A stretch of 64,000 nt of DNA. It comes from a virus. A model generated the notes under the pieces. That model ran no database searches and was not told the origin of the DNA. It was given only the letters and a program-made list of their open reading frames with translations. The stretch lies in the IMG/VR virus record IMGVR_UViG_3300021185_002414. One strand, 5' to 3'. The translations under genes were made by a program, and so were the position numbers. Positions within the stretch are counted from its first letter, which is position 1; each line of letters starts with the position of its first letter. Positions 9,687 to 19,024 of this stretch are shown one piece after another.

Positions 9687-10592
9687 ATGGCTAGAGCCCC
9701 TAAACAATTTTATTTAACAAACAAAGACTTATTGAAAGAAATACACAAATCTAAAATGTCCTATTGTTGGGTCAAAGATGAAGAAAGCGAAGGCTTATTT
9801 GATGCAATTGTAGAGAGTTTAGATGATATTGATGACGAAATCATTGATCTTGCTAGACAAACACGTGCAACTAGGATGCAACGCTTTGCTCATGAGGCAG
9901 AAGTTAAACGGTGGGAAAAGGGATTAACAGGCAAAAAGACAAAGCCTAAAGCTGCAGATTTTGCAGTAGATGTAGATACAATTCCAAAAACAGATGTGGT
10001 TATTCGTGTAATGACTTTTGATCATGTTCCTAAAGAGAACAGAAAAAATAAACCAAAAACAGAAGCAGATTATCATGCTAAGTGTAATTTTCCTCCTTTT
10101 AAACATTATAATCTTAAAGAAGATAATTCCTGGGAAGAGGTTGCACGAAGTCATTGGGAAGGTAGTTTAGGTAATGGAGCATTTAGTGTTACACATGGTA
10201 CTACCAATAATCGTTTAGCAAGTATGTATATGAAATTGTGTGAACGATATAGTATGCGTGGTAACTGGCGTGGCTATACATATGTAGATGAGATGCGTGG
10301 ACAGGCGTTATTGCAGTTGACACAAATAGGTTTACAATTTAATGAAGCAAAGAGTGCTAATCCGTTTGCATACTATACTGCTGCAATCAATAATAGTTTT
10401 ACAAGAGTACTTAATTTAGAAAAACGTAGCCAGGAAATTAGAGATGACTTATTAGAAGAAGAAGGTCTAAATCCAAGTAGCACAAGATTGTTTAATGCAG
10501 AATGGGAAAGTGCTCAAGAAATAATCAACAAAAAAACAAAAGAATCGAAAGAATCTGAATCCACAACATCAAAGCAAGAAGCAGGAGAATAA
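9687..10592 (+). CDS. gp55: Late-transcription sigma factor, T4 gp55-like
   Basis: NWRGYTYVDEMRGQALLQL...FNEAKSANPFAYYTAAINNSFTRVLNLEK; canonical gp55-gp47-gp46 order. Confidence 0.85.
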   Translation: MARAPKQFYLTNKDLLKEIHKSKMSYCWVKDEESEGLFDAIVESLDDIDDEIIDLARQTRATRMQRFAHEAEVKRWEKGLTGKKTKPKAADFAVDVDTIPKTDVVIRVMTFDHVPKENRKNKPKTEADYHAKCNFPPFKHYNLKEDNSWEEVARSHWEGSLGNGAFSVTHGTTNNRLASMYMKLCERYSMRGNWRGYTYVDEMRGQALLQLTQIGLQFNEAKSANPFAYYTAAINNSFTRVLNLEKRSQEIRDDLLEEEGLNPSSTRLFNAEWESAQEIINKKTKESKESESTTSKQEAGE

Positions 10593-11615
10593 ATGTTTTT
10601 TGACAAGGCTGTTATCTTTACCGATATCCACTTCGGTATGAAGAATAACTCACGAACTCACAACATTGATTGTGAAAACTTTATCATATGGATGATTGAA
10701 CAGGCGCATCAAAGAGGAATTAAAAAATGTTTCTTTTTGGGCGACTGGCATCACAATCGTGCAAGTATTAATGTTAGTACACTCAATTATACGCATAGTA
10801 ATCTCGAAAGGTTAAATGATAACTTTGACGAGGTAATTATGATTACAGGCAATCATGACTTGTATTATCGTGAGAAGAGAGAAATACACAGTGTACCTAT
10901 GGTAGCAAACTATAATAAAATTAGAATGATTAATGATGGTACATTTATTGAAGATGGTGTGGCATTTGTTCCATGGCTTGTAGATGACGAATGGAGAAAG
11001 CTAAAAGAGATTGACTGCAAATTTATGTTTGGTCATTTTGAGCTTCCTAGTTTCTATATGAACGCACTTGTGCAGATGCCAGATCATGGGCAACTAAGTG
11101 CTGAAGATTTAAAGAAGCCTGATAAGGTTTTTAGTGGGCATTTTCATAAAAGACAAGAAAGAGGCAATGTAGTTTATACTGGCAATGCATTTCCACATAA
11201 CTTTTCAGATGCATGGGATGATGACCGTGGTATGATGATTTTGGATTGGGATGGAACTATGGAGTACATACAATGGCCTGATGCTCCAAAATATCGAACA
11301 ATACCATTGAGCAAATTAATTGATAGCCCTGGTGATTATTTGGCAGATAATACATATTGTCGTGTAAGTTTGGACTGTGGCATTACATACGAGGAAGCAA
11401 ACTTTGTAAAAGAAACATTTGCACAACAATATAATTTGAGAGAGATTTCTCTTATTCCAAGTAAAAAAGAAGAACACACAAATGATTGGCAACAAGGTGT
11501 TGACATTCAAGTAGAAAATGTTGATAGTATAGTACTAAGCCAAATACAATCAATAGAAAGCGAAAATATCAAAAAAGAAGTTTTGGTAGACATTTATAGA
11601 GGACTAAGTCATTAA
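10593..11615 (+). CDS. gp47: Recombination endonuclease subunit (Mre11/SbcD, gp47)
   Basis: Metallophosphoesterase motifs DIH, GDWHH, GNHD, GHF, SGHFH. Confidence 0.93.
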   Translation: MFFDKAVIFTDIHFGMKNNSRTHNIDCENFIIWMIEQAHQRGIKKCFFLGDWHHNRASINVSTLNYTHSNLERLNDNFDEVIMITGNHDLYYREKREIHSVPMVANYNKIRMINDGTFIEDGVAFVPWLVDDEWRKLKEIDCKFMFGHFELPSFYMNALVQMPDHGQLSAEDLKKPDKVFSGHFHKRQERGNVVYTGNAFPHNFSDAWDDDRGMMILDWDGTMEYIQWPDAPKYRTIPLSKLIDSPGDYLADNTYCRVSLDCGITYEEANFVKETFAQQYNLREISLIPSKKEEHTNDWQQGVDIQVENVDSIVLSQIQSIESENIKKEVLVDIYRGLSH

Positions 11616-13390
11616 TGTTAACAATTAAAAACATAACAGTAAAAAACTTTATGAGTGTTGGAAATGTAACACAAGCGGTACACTTTGACAATGCAGGACT
11701 TACTCTTGTTTTAGGAAATAACCTAGACTTGGGCGGTGATGGTTCACGTAATGGCACTGGTAAAACTACAATTGTAAATGCACTTAGCTTTGGATTATTT
11801 GGTAATGCACTTTATAATATTAAAAAGGACAACCTTGTTAATAAAACTAACAATAAACAAATGTTAGTTACTGTTGATTTTGAAAGAGATGGTGTACAAT
11901 ATCGTATTGAGCGTGGACGTAAGCCTAATATTTTTAAGTTTTTAGTTAATGAGGTTGATAGTCTTGAAAGCATTACAGATGAGATGCAAGGCGAAGGACG
12001 TATGAGCCAACATGCTATTGAGCGTGTTCTTGGAATGAGTCATACAATGTTTAAGCATGTTTGTGCATTAAATACATATACTGAACCTTTTCTTAGTATG
12101 CGAGCTAACGATCAAAGAGAACTAATTGAACAACTATTGGGTATTACACAGCTTAGTGAAAAGGCTGATGTACTTAAAGATCTTGTTCGTATAAGTAAAG
12201 ATAGCATACAAGAAGAAACATACCGTATAAGAGGTATAGAAGAAGCCAACGAAAGAATTGGTAAAAGTATTTCTGATCTAGAACGCAGACAACGTGTATG
12301 GGTACAAAAAAGACAAGAAAGAATTAATGAGTTTGCTAGTGAGCTACGTGCTTTGGAACATATAGACATTGATGCTGAATTACAAGCACATGTGGACTTT
12401 GCTGCTTTTAACGAAAAAAAGACAAGACTTGATGAAGCTAATCGGTGGATTGCTAGTTTGGATGCAGACAACAACAAACAACAAAAGCTAATAACTAAAC
12501 TAGATAAAGAAACAAAATTACTTCAAGAACACAAATGTCATGCATGTGGACAAGATTTACATGATGATAAGCAACAAGACATTCTAAATAGTAAAAATGA
12601 ACAACGAGAAGAAGCAAGCACACATATTTGGGATAATGGATTAAAACAAAAAGAATATAAAGACACTATAGCAGAAATTGGTGACTTGGGTGTTTCCCCA
12701 ACAATACAATATAATACTGTGCAAGAAGCATTTGAACATCAGAATAAAATACAACAAATGCAAACTGCACTAACTAATGCGGAACAAGAAACAGATCCAT
12801 ATACAGAGCAAATTGAAAGTTTGAATGAAACAGGATTGCAAGAATTAGACTGGTCAGAAGTTAATAGAATTACTGAACTAAAAGAGCATCAGGACTTTTT
12901 ATTGAAACTATTAACTAACAAAGATAGCTTTATTCGTAAAAAGATTATTGAACAAAACTTGCAGTTTTTAAACACACGATTAGAATATTATATTACACGT
13001 TTAGGTTTACCACACGAAGTACAATTCCAAAGTGACCTAACTGTAACTATTACACAACTTGGACAAGACTTAGATTTTGACAACCTATCACGTGGTGAGC
13101 GCAATAGACTAATACTAGGACTTAGTTGGAGTTTTCGCGATGTATTTGAAAGCATGAATCATCCTATTAACTTAGTTTGTATTGACGAACTTGTTGATAG
13201 TGGTATGGATACAGTTGGTGTGGAAAGTGCATTAAGTGTTCTTAAGAAGCAAGAGCGTGAGCGAGGTAAGAATATTTTACTAATTAGTCACAGAGATGAA
13301 TTAGTAGGACGAGTGAATAACATTTTACAAGTAACAAAAGAAAATGGATTTACTACGTTTAATACAGAAGTAGAAATTGTGGATGTCTAA
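11615..13390 (+). CDS. gp46: Recombination ATPase subunit (Rad50/SbcC, gp46)
   Basis: Walker A GTGKTT, zinc hook CHACG, signature LSRGE, Walker B CIDE, long coiled coil. Confidence 0.93.
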   Translation: MLTIKNITVKNFMSVGNVTQAVHFDNAGLTLVLGNNLDLGGDGSRNGTGKTTIVNALSFGLFGNALYNIKKDNLVNKTNNKQMLVTVDFERDGVQYRIERGRKPNIFKFLVNEVDSLESITDEMQGEGRMSQHAIERVLGMSHTMFKHVCALNTYTEPFLSMRANDQRELIEQLLGITQLSEKADVLKDLVRISKDSIQEETYRIRGIEEANERIGKSISDLERRQRVWVQKRQERINEFASELRALEHIDIDAELQAHVDFAAFNEKKTRLDEANRWIASLDADNNKQQKLITKLDKETKLLQEHKCHACGQDLHDDKQQDILNSKNEQREEASTHIWDNGLKQKEYKDTIAEIGDLGVSPTIQYNTVQEAFEHQNKIQQMQTALTNAEQETDPYTEQIESLNETGLQELDWSEVNRITELKEHQDFLLKLLTNKDSFIRKKIIEQNLQFLNTRLEYYITRLGLPHEVQFQSDLTVTITQLGQDLDFDNLSRGERNRLILGLSWSFRDVFESMNHPINLVCIDELVDSGMDTVGVESALSVLKKQERERGKNILLISHRDELVGRVNNILQVTKENGFTTFNTEVEIVDV

Positions 13391-13562
13391 CGAAGAAGAT
13401 TTATCTAAAAATTGGAGCAAAATTATTGAAAAAGTAATGTATCCAAAAAAACAAATTGCAGATACACAACATGAATTATTTGCATCCAAATTTAAACATA
13501 TAGACATTACAAAATTAGGCATTGACATAATGCAGAAAATACAGTATAAACAAGATGAGTAG
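13383..13562 (+). CDS. Small hypothetical protein
   Basis: Short ORF overlapping both neighbours by 8 nt (coupled translation); second Met taken as start. Confidence 0.55.
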   Translation: MSNEEDLSKNWSKIIEKVMYPKKQIADTQHELFASKFKHIDITKLGIDIMQKIQYKQDE

Positions 13563-14100
13563 TAAAAGTAAAAATAAAGGAAAAGGTTTTGAACGTGAAG
13601 TATGTAAAATACTTTCAGAAATCTATCAAGACAACTTCGAACGTGTCCCACACAGTGGAGCGTTTGTAGGCGGCATTAATGCCGCTCGTAAGAGTACACT
13701 TACGGAAAATCAAATCAAGGCATTTAAAGGAGATATAATTCCTCCTGATAACTGGAATTATTTTAACTGTGAGTGTAAAAACTATGCAGACTTTCCTTTC
13801 CATCAACTATTACAGGAAAAACCAATACCAATTTTAGAACAATGGCTCGAACAAACACTAGACGCACATGATGAAAACGACTTAGACATATTGTTTATGA
13901 AGTTTAATCGCAAAGGCATTTACATAGCATTTCCTTCGATATTGGATAGATTTTTATTCACTTCTCGAAGAGTAAATTATGGATCAAAAAAATATGGATC
14001 ATGGACAATTACATTTTGGGATGATTTTAAGGCTAATACAGAAAATACTGAAACACTAGAGACTTTTGCCATTAATGGCGCTAATATAGACCCTAGATAA
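13555..14100 (+). CDS. Holliday junction resolvase-like nuclease (Hjc/PD-(D/E)xK type)
   Basis: SKNKGKGFEREV...GDII...ECKNY...WLEQ pattern. Confidence 0.8.
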   Translation: MSSKSKNKGKGFEREVCKILSEIYQDNFERVPHSGAFVGGINAARKSTLTENQIKAFKGDIIPPDNWNYFNCECKNYADFPFHQLLQEKPIPILEQWLEQTLDAHDENDLDILFMKFNRKGIYIAFPSILDRFLFTSRRVNYGSKKYGSWTITFWDDFKANTENTETLETFAINGANIDPR

Positions 14101-14128
14101 CTAACACAACTCTAATACAATTCTAATA

Positions 14129-14460
14129 AAGGCATCATGGCTTTGATTGGTCGGGATTAGCTCGACTCACCTTGAGGTTACGTTAACTCGTGACCAGAAA
14201 CTGGTGTGCCTTGGTCAATGCGCTGGTTTGACCAACCAAAAACGAGTAAGCTCTCCTGTCCAATTGGAACTTACGGATAGCTATATGTTGTTTGTTGTAA
14301 CATATGGTGTTTCTGCGTTATTAAGCATTATGTAATAGAGGTACAGCATAACCGCCTCCCCTGAGCGTTAATTTAGGTTTAATACAACAATGTGAGTGAG
14401 GCTGACGGTGATGTCAGGTTTTTTTTCATGCTTGGCCTTCTTCAGGCTAAGTGTGAATAA
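14129..14460 (+). ncRNA. Candidate structured non-coding RNA (unknown family)
   Basis: Intergenic, GC-richer than flanks, many stems: 14129-35/14206-12, 14150-55/14161-66, 14193-14205, 14211-18/14228-35, 14246-50/14270-74, 14281-89/14299-307, 14402-06/14413-17, 14431-38/14444-51. Boundaries and strand are approximate. Confidence 0.5.
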
Positions 14461-14481
14461 AACTTCATGTGATATAGTATC

Positions 14482-14489
14482 ATAAATAT
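14482..14489 (+). promoter_or_regulatory. Late promoter motif CATAAATA
   Basis: nnTAAATA motif upstream of the 14637 ORF; leader contains hairpins at 14545-14575 and 14577-14593. Confidence 0.45.
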
Positions 14490-14636
14490 TAATATAGAAA
14501 AAATTCTTAATGATAATTATAATTTTCGATATTTCCTAAAGTAACAGCGAATAAAGCGATAGCTTTATGAAGCTGAAAATGCCGTAGGCATTTAATAGGA
14601 TATATAATATAATCTTAGATATATGGATACCTGTGA

Positions 14637-15077
14637 ATGAATTTCCAAGAGTTTCAAGATAAATTTCTTGAATGGACTGAAGAAGAAATCGAAGCTAAAA
14701 AATTGGATGGATTTCCCATTTGTCCTTTTGCTAGAAAAGCTAGATTACAAAACAAAATACAATTTATAGATGCTAGAGATAATCTAGCTTCAAGTTATGA
14801 TACGTTTGATAAGGAAACTTATGAAATAGGTATTGCTTGGGTAGATGGTTGTGACATGTCAGAAGTAGAGAAAATTATAGAACTTCAGGCAACAAAGGAT
14901 ACTGACTTGTTGTATTTTACCAGTACAACAACAAGTGGCCACTTTACTAAGAACTTCACTAATTGTGTTTTTATTCAGTTACGTGGAGATTTGGAAGAAA
15001 AAAGAAAATATTTACACACAACCAAATATTATGACAGTTGGCCATTAGATTATTATAAAATGATCACTTCTGTTTAA
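14637..15077 (+). CDS. Hypothetical protein (CPFA motif)
   Basis: 146-aa ORF with GFPICPFARKA; no confident function. Confidence 0.65.
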   Translation: MNFQEFQDKFLEWTEEEIEAKKLDGFPICPFARKARLQNKIQFIDARDNLASSYDTFDKETYEIGIAWVDGCDMSEVEKIIELQATKDTDLLYFTSTTTSGHFTKNFTNCVFIQLRGDLEEKRKYLHTTKYYDSWPLDYYKMITSV

Positions 15078-15330
15078 TAGCGTTATTTCTTTCTTCAGCC
15101 ATATGGTTCATTCTTTCTACCAATAACATAACACTGTCTATTGGCATTGTCATAACATCTTGATATGATACAGCCCCATTGCTGTGCAATACAATATCAA
15201 GATAATCAGATTCTGTCTTCTTAGCGTCTTTATTATATCTTTCGACTATGTCTAATATTTCTTGGGGCTGACGAGAAGCTATCAGCCCTCGAAAAAATTT
15301 GCAATATCCAGATCTACCGTAGTTTGCCAT
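15064..15330 (-). CDS. Tail/baseplate assembly chaperone second part (gp51/GT-like); probably reached by -1 frameshift
   Basis: Overlaps the upstream gene by 49 nt in the -1 frame across a T TTT TTC heptamer; the ATG at 15330 has no clear SD. Confidence 0.55.
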   Translation of the reverse strand: MANYGRSGYCKFFRGLIASRQPQEILDIVERYNKDAKKTESDYLDIVLHSNGAVSYQDVMTMPIDSVMLLVERMNHMAEERNNAIKQK

Positions 15331-16118
15331 TCATGCTGACAACTTTGGCACTGTGCGTTAAATTTTGTATCGATAACATTTTCACTTAATGCTTCAATAC
15401 ATTGTTTGATTTGGTCATAATCTTTCTTTGTAATACTCTGTAACCATTCTAAAATAATTTTAACTTGGTCACTTTCAAACACTTCATTATCTGGTGTTTG
15501 AACTTTTTGTATACAGTTAGCGATTAATCCCACTGTTAAGTCTGCTATTTCTACAAATGTTTTACCAAACTGAGCTTCTCTCTCTTCATCTGATAAATTT
15601 GCATCACTGAGACTTTCAATTAATTTTTGTTGTTTAATTGTCTGCACCTGCAATAATGTTCTGTCACGCAAACTATAAGGCTTACAAAAAACTTTAAAGT
15701 TGCTTTCTAGTTTTACATCCTCTGGTGCTTGCTGGTTAGATCCTGTACCAAGCAACATACTTCCATCAATTTGTAGTTGATTCATATGTTCACAAGCAGG
15801 ACATTTTATGTCTAGATCTATTTTATTGCCGTAACTGGCTTGTCGTATGCCTATTAAAATACTAAGTAAATCATTCACAGGTATTTCATTTGGATCTTCA
15901 ATATCTGGCACACAACTTTTAATTAAACTTATTGTGGCTTCACCATTAAACAAAGCATCTGGATTTTTTGTAACTAATTCGTCTCTGGCAGTCATAGGAA
16001 AGATAGCCAGTTCGTTATCAACGCTAAGTTTAGGCTTGGTTGTATAATACTTACCTTCACTAGGTAATGCAATATATAATGCAGGTTTTCTATAAGCTGC
16101 AATTAATGGGTTGTTCAT
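15282..16118 (-). CDS. Baseplate hub assembly chaperone, T4 gp26-like
   Basis: Start reassigned to ATG 16118 (GGAG RBS). MNNPLIAAYRKPALYIALPSEGKYY...MTARDEL...IRQASYG...CPAC...CQSC...ANFF; 278 aa. Confidence 0.75.
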   Translation of the reverse strand: MNNPLIAAYRKPALYIALPSEGKYYTTKPKLSVDNELAIFPMTARDELVTKNPDALFNGEATISLIKSCVPDIEDPNEIPVNDLLSILIGIRQASYGNKIDLDIKCPACEHMNQLQIDGSMLLGTGSNQQAPEDVKLESNFKVFCKPYSLRDRTLLQVQTIKQQKLIESLSDANLSDEEREAQFGKTFVEIADLTVGLIANCIQKVQTPDNEVFESDQVKIILEWLQSITKKDYDQIKQCIEALSENVIDTKFNAQCQSCQHEWQTTVDLDIANFFEG

Positions 16119-16130
16119 TATATTCTCCGC

Positions 16131-16170
16131 GATAAATACGTTAAGTACAATAGTATTTATCTGGATTAAA
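16131..16170. promoter_or_regulatory. Divergent pair of late promoters (GATAAATA on each strand)
   Basis: gataaatac-N13-gtatttatc inverted repeat between the divergent 16118 and 16181 starts. Confidence 0.7.
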
Positions 16171-16180
16171 ACTGCACATA

Positions 16181-19024
16181 ATGGAACAAATAGTAAATTC
16201 AATACACAATCAATACCCTTGGGCTAGTGAAGAAACAGCAACTCGTTTAGCTGAACTTACTAGATCAAGTAATATTAAAAGCACCGCCTTGGCTGTGGCT
16301 ATTGGTAATGTATTCAATCAGTCTGAAGGAAATGCTATTAAACAGTCTATTGCAAGCGCATTGCGAGATGTCGATTTAGCAGGTAAAAGAGCAGAAGAAA
16401 CTATAGACGATATTAAAAAGAGCATCAAAAGTTCTACTAATATTATGGGTAGTGCAAGTGGAATAGAGGCTATATCAGAACTTACATATGCTGGTACACA
16501 AGCATTACACAAACTTACAAAAGCATCCACCAGTTCTGTGGGAGCAGGCAAAGCAGGAGCCGCACTTAAAGGGGTTTTAAACTATGGAACAGGAGCCGCT
16601 GTAGGTGTAGCTGCAATTGGTACAGTGTTTACTAAGTTGATGACAGAACAAGAAAAACAACTAAGACAGCTGATTGATTATGGTATGGTTGTTGGCGATA
16701 CCCAATTGTTTACTGACCTTAGAGGAAGAGTAGCACAGTTAGGTATGAGTTTGGGAGATTTTAGCAGTGTAATAGAAAAAACAAAGCCTATGATGACTCG
16801 TGTATCAAACAACACATTTGAAGGACAAATGCAATTTGCAGAGTTTGTAGCAAATAGTTACAGTGATAAAACAGCCAAAAGGTTTGGATACAGTATACAA
16901 GAATATGCTAATATACTTGCACAAGAAGCCGCTATGCTTTATGAAACAAATCAGATACAAGATTTTGGTCTACAGACGCAAGCTAAAATTATTAAAACTT
17001 TTGAAACTGTAAATAATTTAAGTTTATTTTTAGCCGATAATATCGGAGTACAACGTAGTGAGCAGTTACGACTACGATCTGAGGCATCAGAAAACGAAGA
17101 ATTTAGCCATGCTTTGAGACAAAATGGAGAATATATTACACAACAATTTGGTAATGAAGCACAAAGAAATATTAAAGAGGGAAATGAACTTCTTAATATC
17201 ATATTCACTGCTGGGCTTGGTGAAGAGTTTGCAAAAGAATCTCAACAAATATTTGCAAACGCTTTGAGCGACATAAGTTTTGATACTAGTATTGTAAACA
17301 ATGCAAGTGCTGATTTTATAAAAACGTTGCAAGTAATAAGTCCTGACGCAGCAAGTCAATATGTAGGACTAATGGAAGATGTATTACAAGGAAAAATTTC
17401 AAGACAGGATGCAGTACTTAGAGGAAGAGAATTTATACAAGCTATAAATGAAAGTGAATCTAAATTAAGTATCGATGATATTGGAATGAGGGCAACAGAA
17501 TTAAGAGCGCAAACTGCACTTATACCAAAATCATTTATGAATTTTACAGAAGAAGAATTTTTAGAACAATTAGAAAGTGGTAGTACAATGGCAGATACTG
17601 CTGGTAAGTCTATTGATCAAATTAGTGCAGTATCTATTGCATTTAAAGAAGCACAAAATACCATAACTCCAGGATTTGAAACAACAGAAGAAATGTTTGG
17701 TCTTGTAACAAAAGCAGGAGAAAACTTTGGTAAAGTTTGGATAAACTTATTTGGTATAGAAAATGTAAGGACTTTAGAAGAGAGAAGAAAAAGAAATCTA
17801 AATGATGTAATCAGAAATGAAAGCGCAGATGCAAAAGTAGAAATGTATGATAACTTTGGAGCTTCTGCACAATCAGATCCAGTTAATGAGGTAGTACAAA
17901 ACTCAGAAACTATATACCATTTAGAACAGCAAATTCAGAATTTAGAAACTGAAGTAAGTGACGTACAGGCACAAATTGACAAGAAGCAAAAAAGAATTGA
18001 TATAATTAATCAAGATGTAAGACCTGATAACTCAGTAAACCAAGCATTGCTTACAAAAATTCAGACTGAGATTGACGAACTAACTTCACAAGTGTCAGAA
18101 TCTATTGCAAACCTAGCAACATATAATGAAGAAGTTACACAACTAAAAGAACAAAATGCTAAAGCTAATTTTAGAATGAGAGATACTACTTCTGAAGATA
18201 GTACTGCACCAGAAATAGAAACACCTTTAATGAATTCTCCTATAACATCTTTGCTAGACTTAATTGGTAAAGGAGAGGGATCTTATGATAGTAGTAATAG
18301 AGGAACATCAGGCGGCAGTATCGTAGGCAGTACCCACAGTACTAGTAGAGATGGTAGAATGTTATCAGAAATGACATTTGCAGATATATTCAAACATCAG
18401 AGTATAGATGACCCGCATAATGAAGATAGACTATTTGCAGTAGGCAAGTACCAAATTATACCTAGTACAATGCAAGAAATATTTCCACATAGTGGACTTA
18501 GTTTAGACGATAAATTTACACAAGAAAATCAAGATAAATTAGGTTTATTGTTGTTACAAGGAAACAATGGTTATAGTAAACGTCCAGAACTGTCAGCATA
18601 TTTGCAAGGGGAAGACGTATCTCTTAGAACTGCAATGATATCCTTTGCAAGAGAATGGGCAAGTTTGCCACATCCTGATACTGGAAACAGTGTATATGGT
18701 GATGGAAACCGTGCAAGTCATAGTGTAAGTGAAGTTGAAGCTGTATTAAGAAAAGTGAGAAAAGCAACCTTAGAAGAACAAGGAAGAATAGATTATGTAG
18801 AACCGGCTACATTAAGCGAAGCACAATTAAGAAAGCAACGCTTGGAAGAAGAAATTTCTTCTTTAAGAGAGCCAACTACTGGAAAAATCACACAGTCACA
18901 AAATAGTTTAACTGAAAAAAGAAAACAGATATCATTATTAGAACAAGAACTAGCACAAGTTATTAATTCTATTAACAATGAATTAAGTAGTGAAAATGCA
19001 AAGGAGTTAAACAATAATGGCTAA
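16181..19024 (+). CDS. Tape-measure-like virion protein with C-terminal lambda-lysozyme-like (muramidase/transglycosylase) domain
   Basis: Long helical/coiled-coil body; LLDLIGKGEGSYD...AVGKYQIIPSTM...FTQENQD...FAREWASLP at ~18250-18760. Confidence 0.7.
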   Translation: MEQIVNSIHNQYPWASEETATRLAELTRSSNIKSTALAVAIGNVFNQSEGNAIKQSIASALRDVDLAGKRAEETIDDIKKSIKSSTNIMGSASGIEAISELTYAGTQALHKLTKASTSSVGAGKAGAALKGVLNYGTGAAVGVAAIGTVFTKLMTEQEKQLRQLIDYGMVVGDTQLFTDLRGRVAQLGMSLGDFSSVIEKTKPMMTRVSNNTFEGQMQFAEFVANSYSDKTAKRFGYSIQEYANILAQEAAMLYETNQIQDFGLQTQAKIIKTFETVNNLSLFLADNIGVQRSEQLRLRSEASENEEFSHALRQNGEYITQQFGNEAQRNIKEGNELLNIIFTAGLGEEFAKESQQIFANALSDISFDTSIVNNASADFIKTLQVISPDAASQYVGLMEDVLQGKISRQDAVLRGREFIQAINESESKLSIDDIGMRATELRAQTALIPKSFMNFTEEEFLEQLESGSTMADTAGKSIDQISAVSIAFKEAQNTITPGFETTEEMFGLVTKAGENFGKVWINLFGIENVRTLEERRKRNLNDVIRNESADAKVEMYDNFGASAQSDPVNEVVQNSETIYHLEQQIQNLETEVSDVQAQIDKKQKRIDIINQDVRPDNSVNQALLTKIQTEIDELTSQVSESIANLATYNEEVTQLKEQNAKANFRMRDTTSEDSTAPEIETPLMNSPITSLLDLIGKGEGSYDSSNRGTSGGSIVGSTHSTSRDGRMLSEMTFADIFKHQSIDDPHNEDRLFAVGKYQIIPSTMQEIFPHSGLSLDDKFTQENQDKLGLLLLQGNNGYSKRPELSAYLQGEDVSLRTAMISFAREWASLPHPDTGNSVYGDGNRASHSVSEVEAVLRKVRKATLEEQGRIDYVEPATLSEAQLRKQRLEEEISSLREPTTGKITQSQNSLTEKRKQISLLEQELAQVINSINNELSSENAKELNNNG

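Noticed and set aside
14147-14335. 62-aa ORF within the structured intergenic region
   Set aside because: No SD, no recognisable motif, and it runs through the stems; structure explains the region better.
14472-14479. GATATAGT resembling the group I intron S element
   Set aside because: No matching R/P7 partner or interrupted gene; flanking ORFs are complete.
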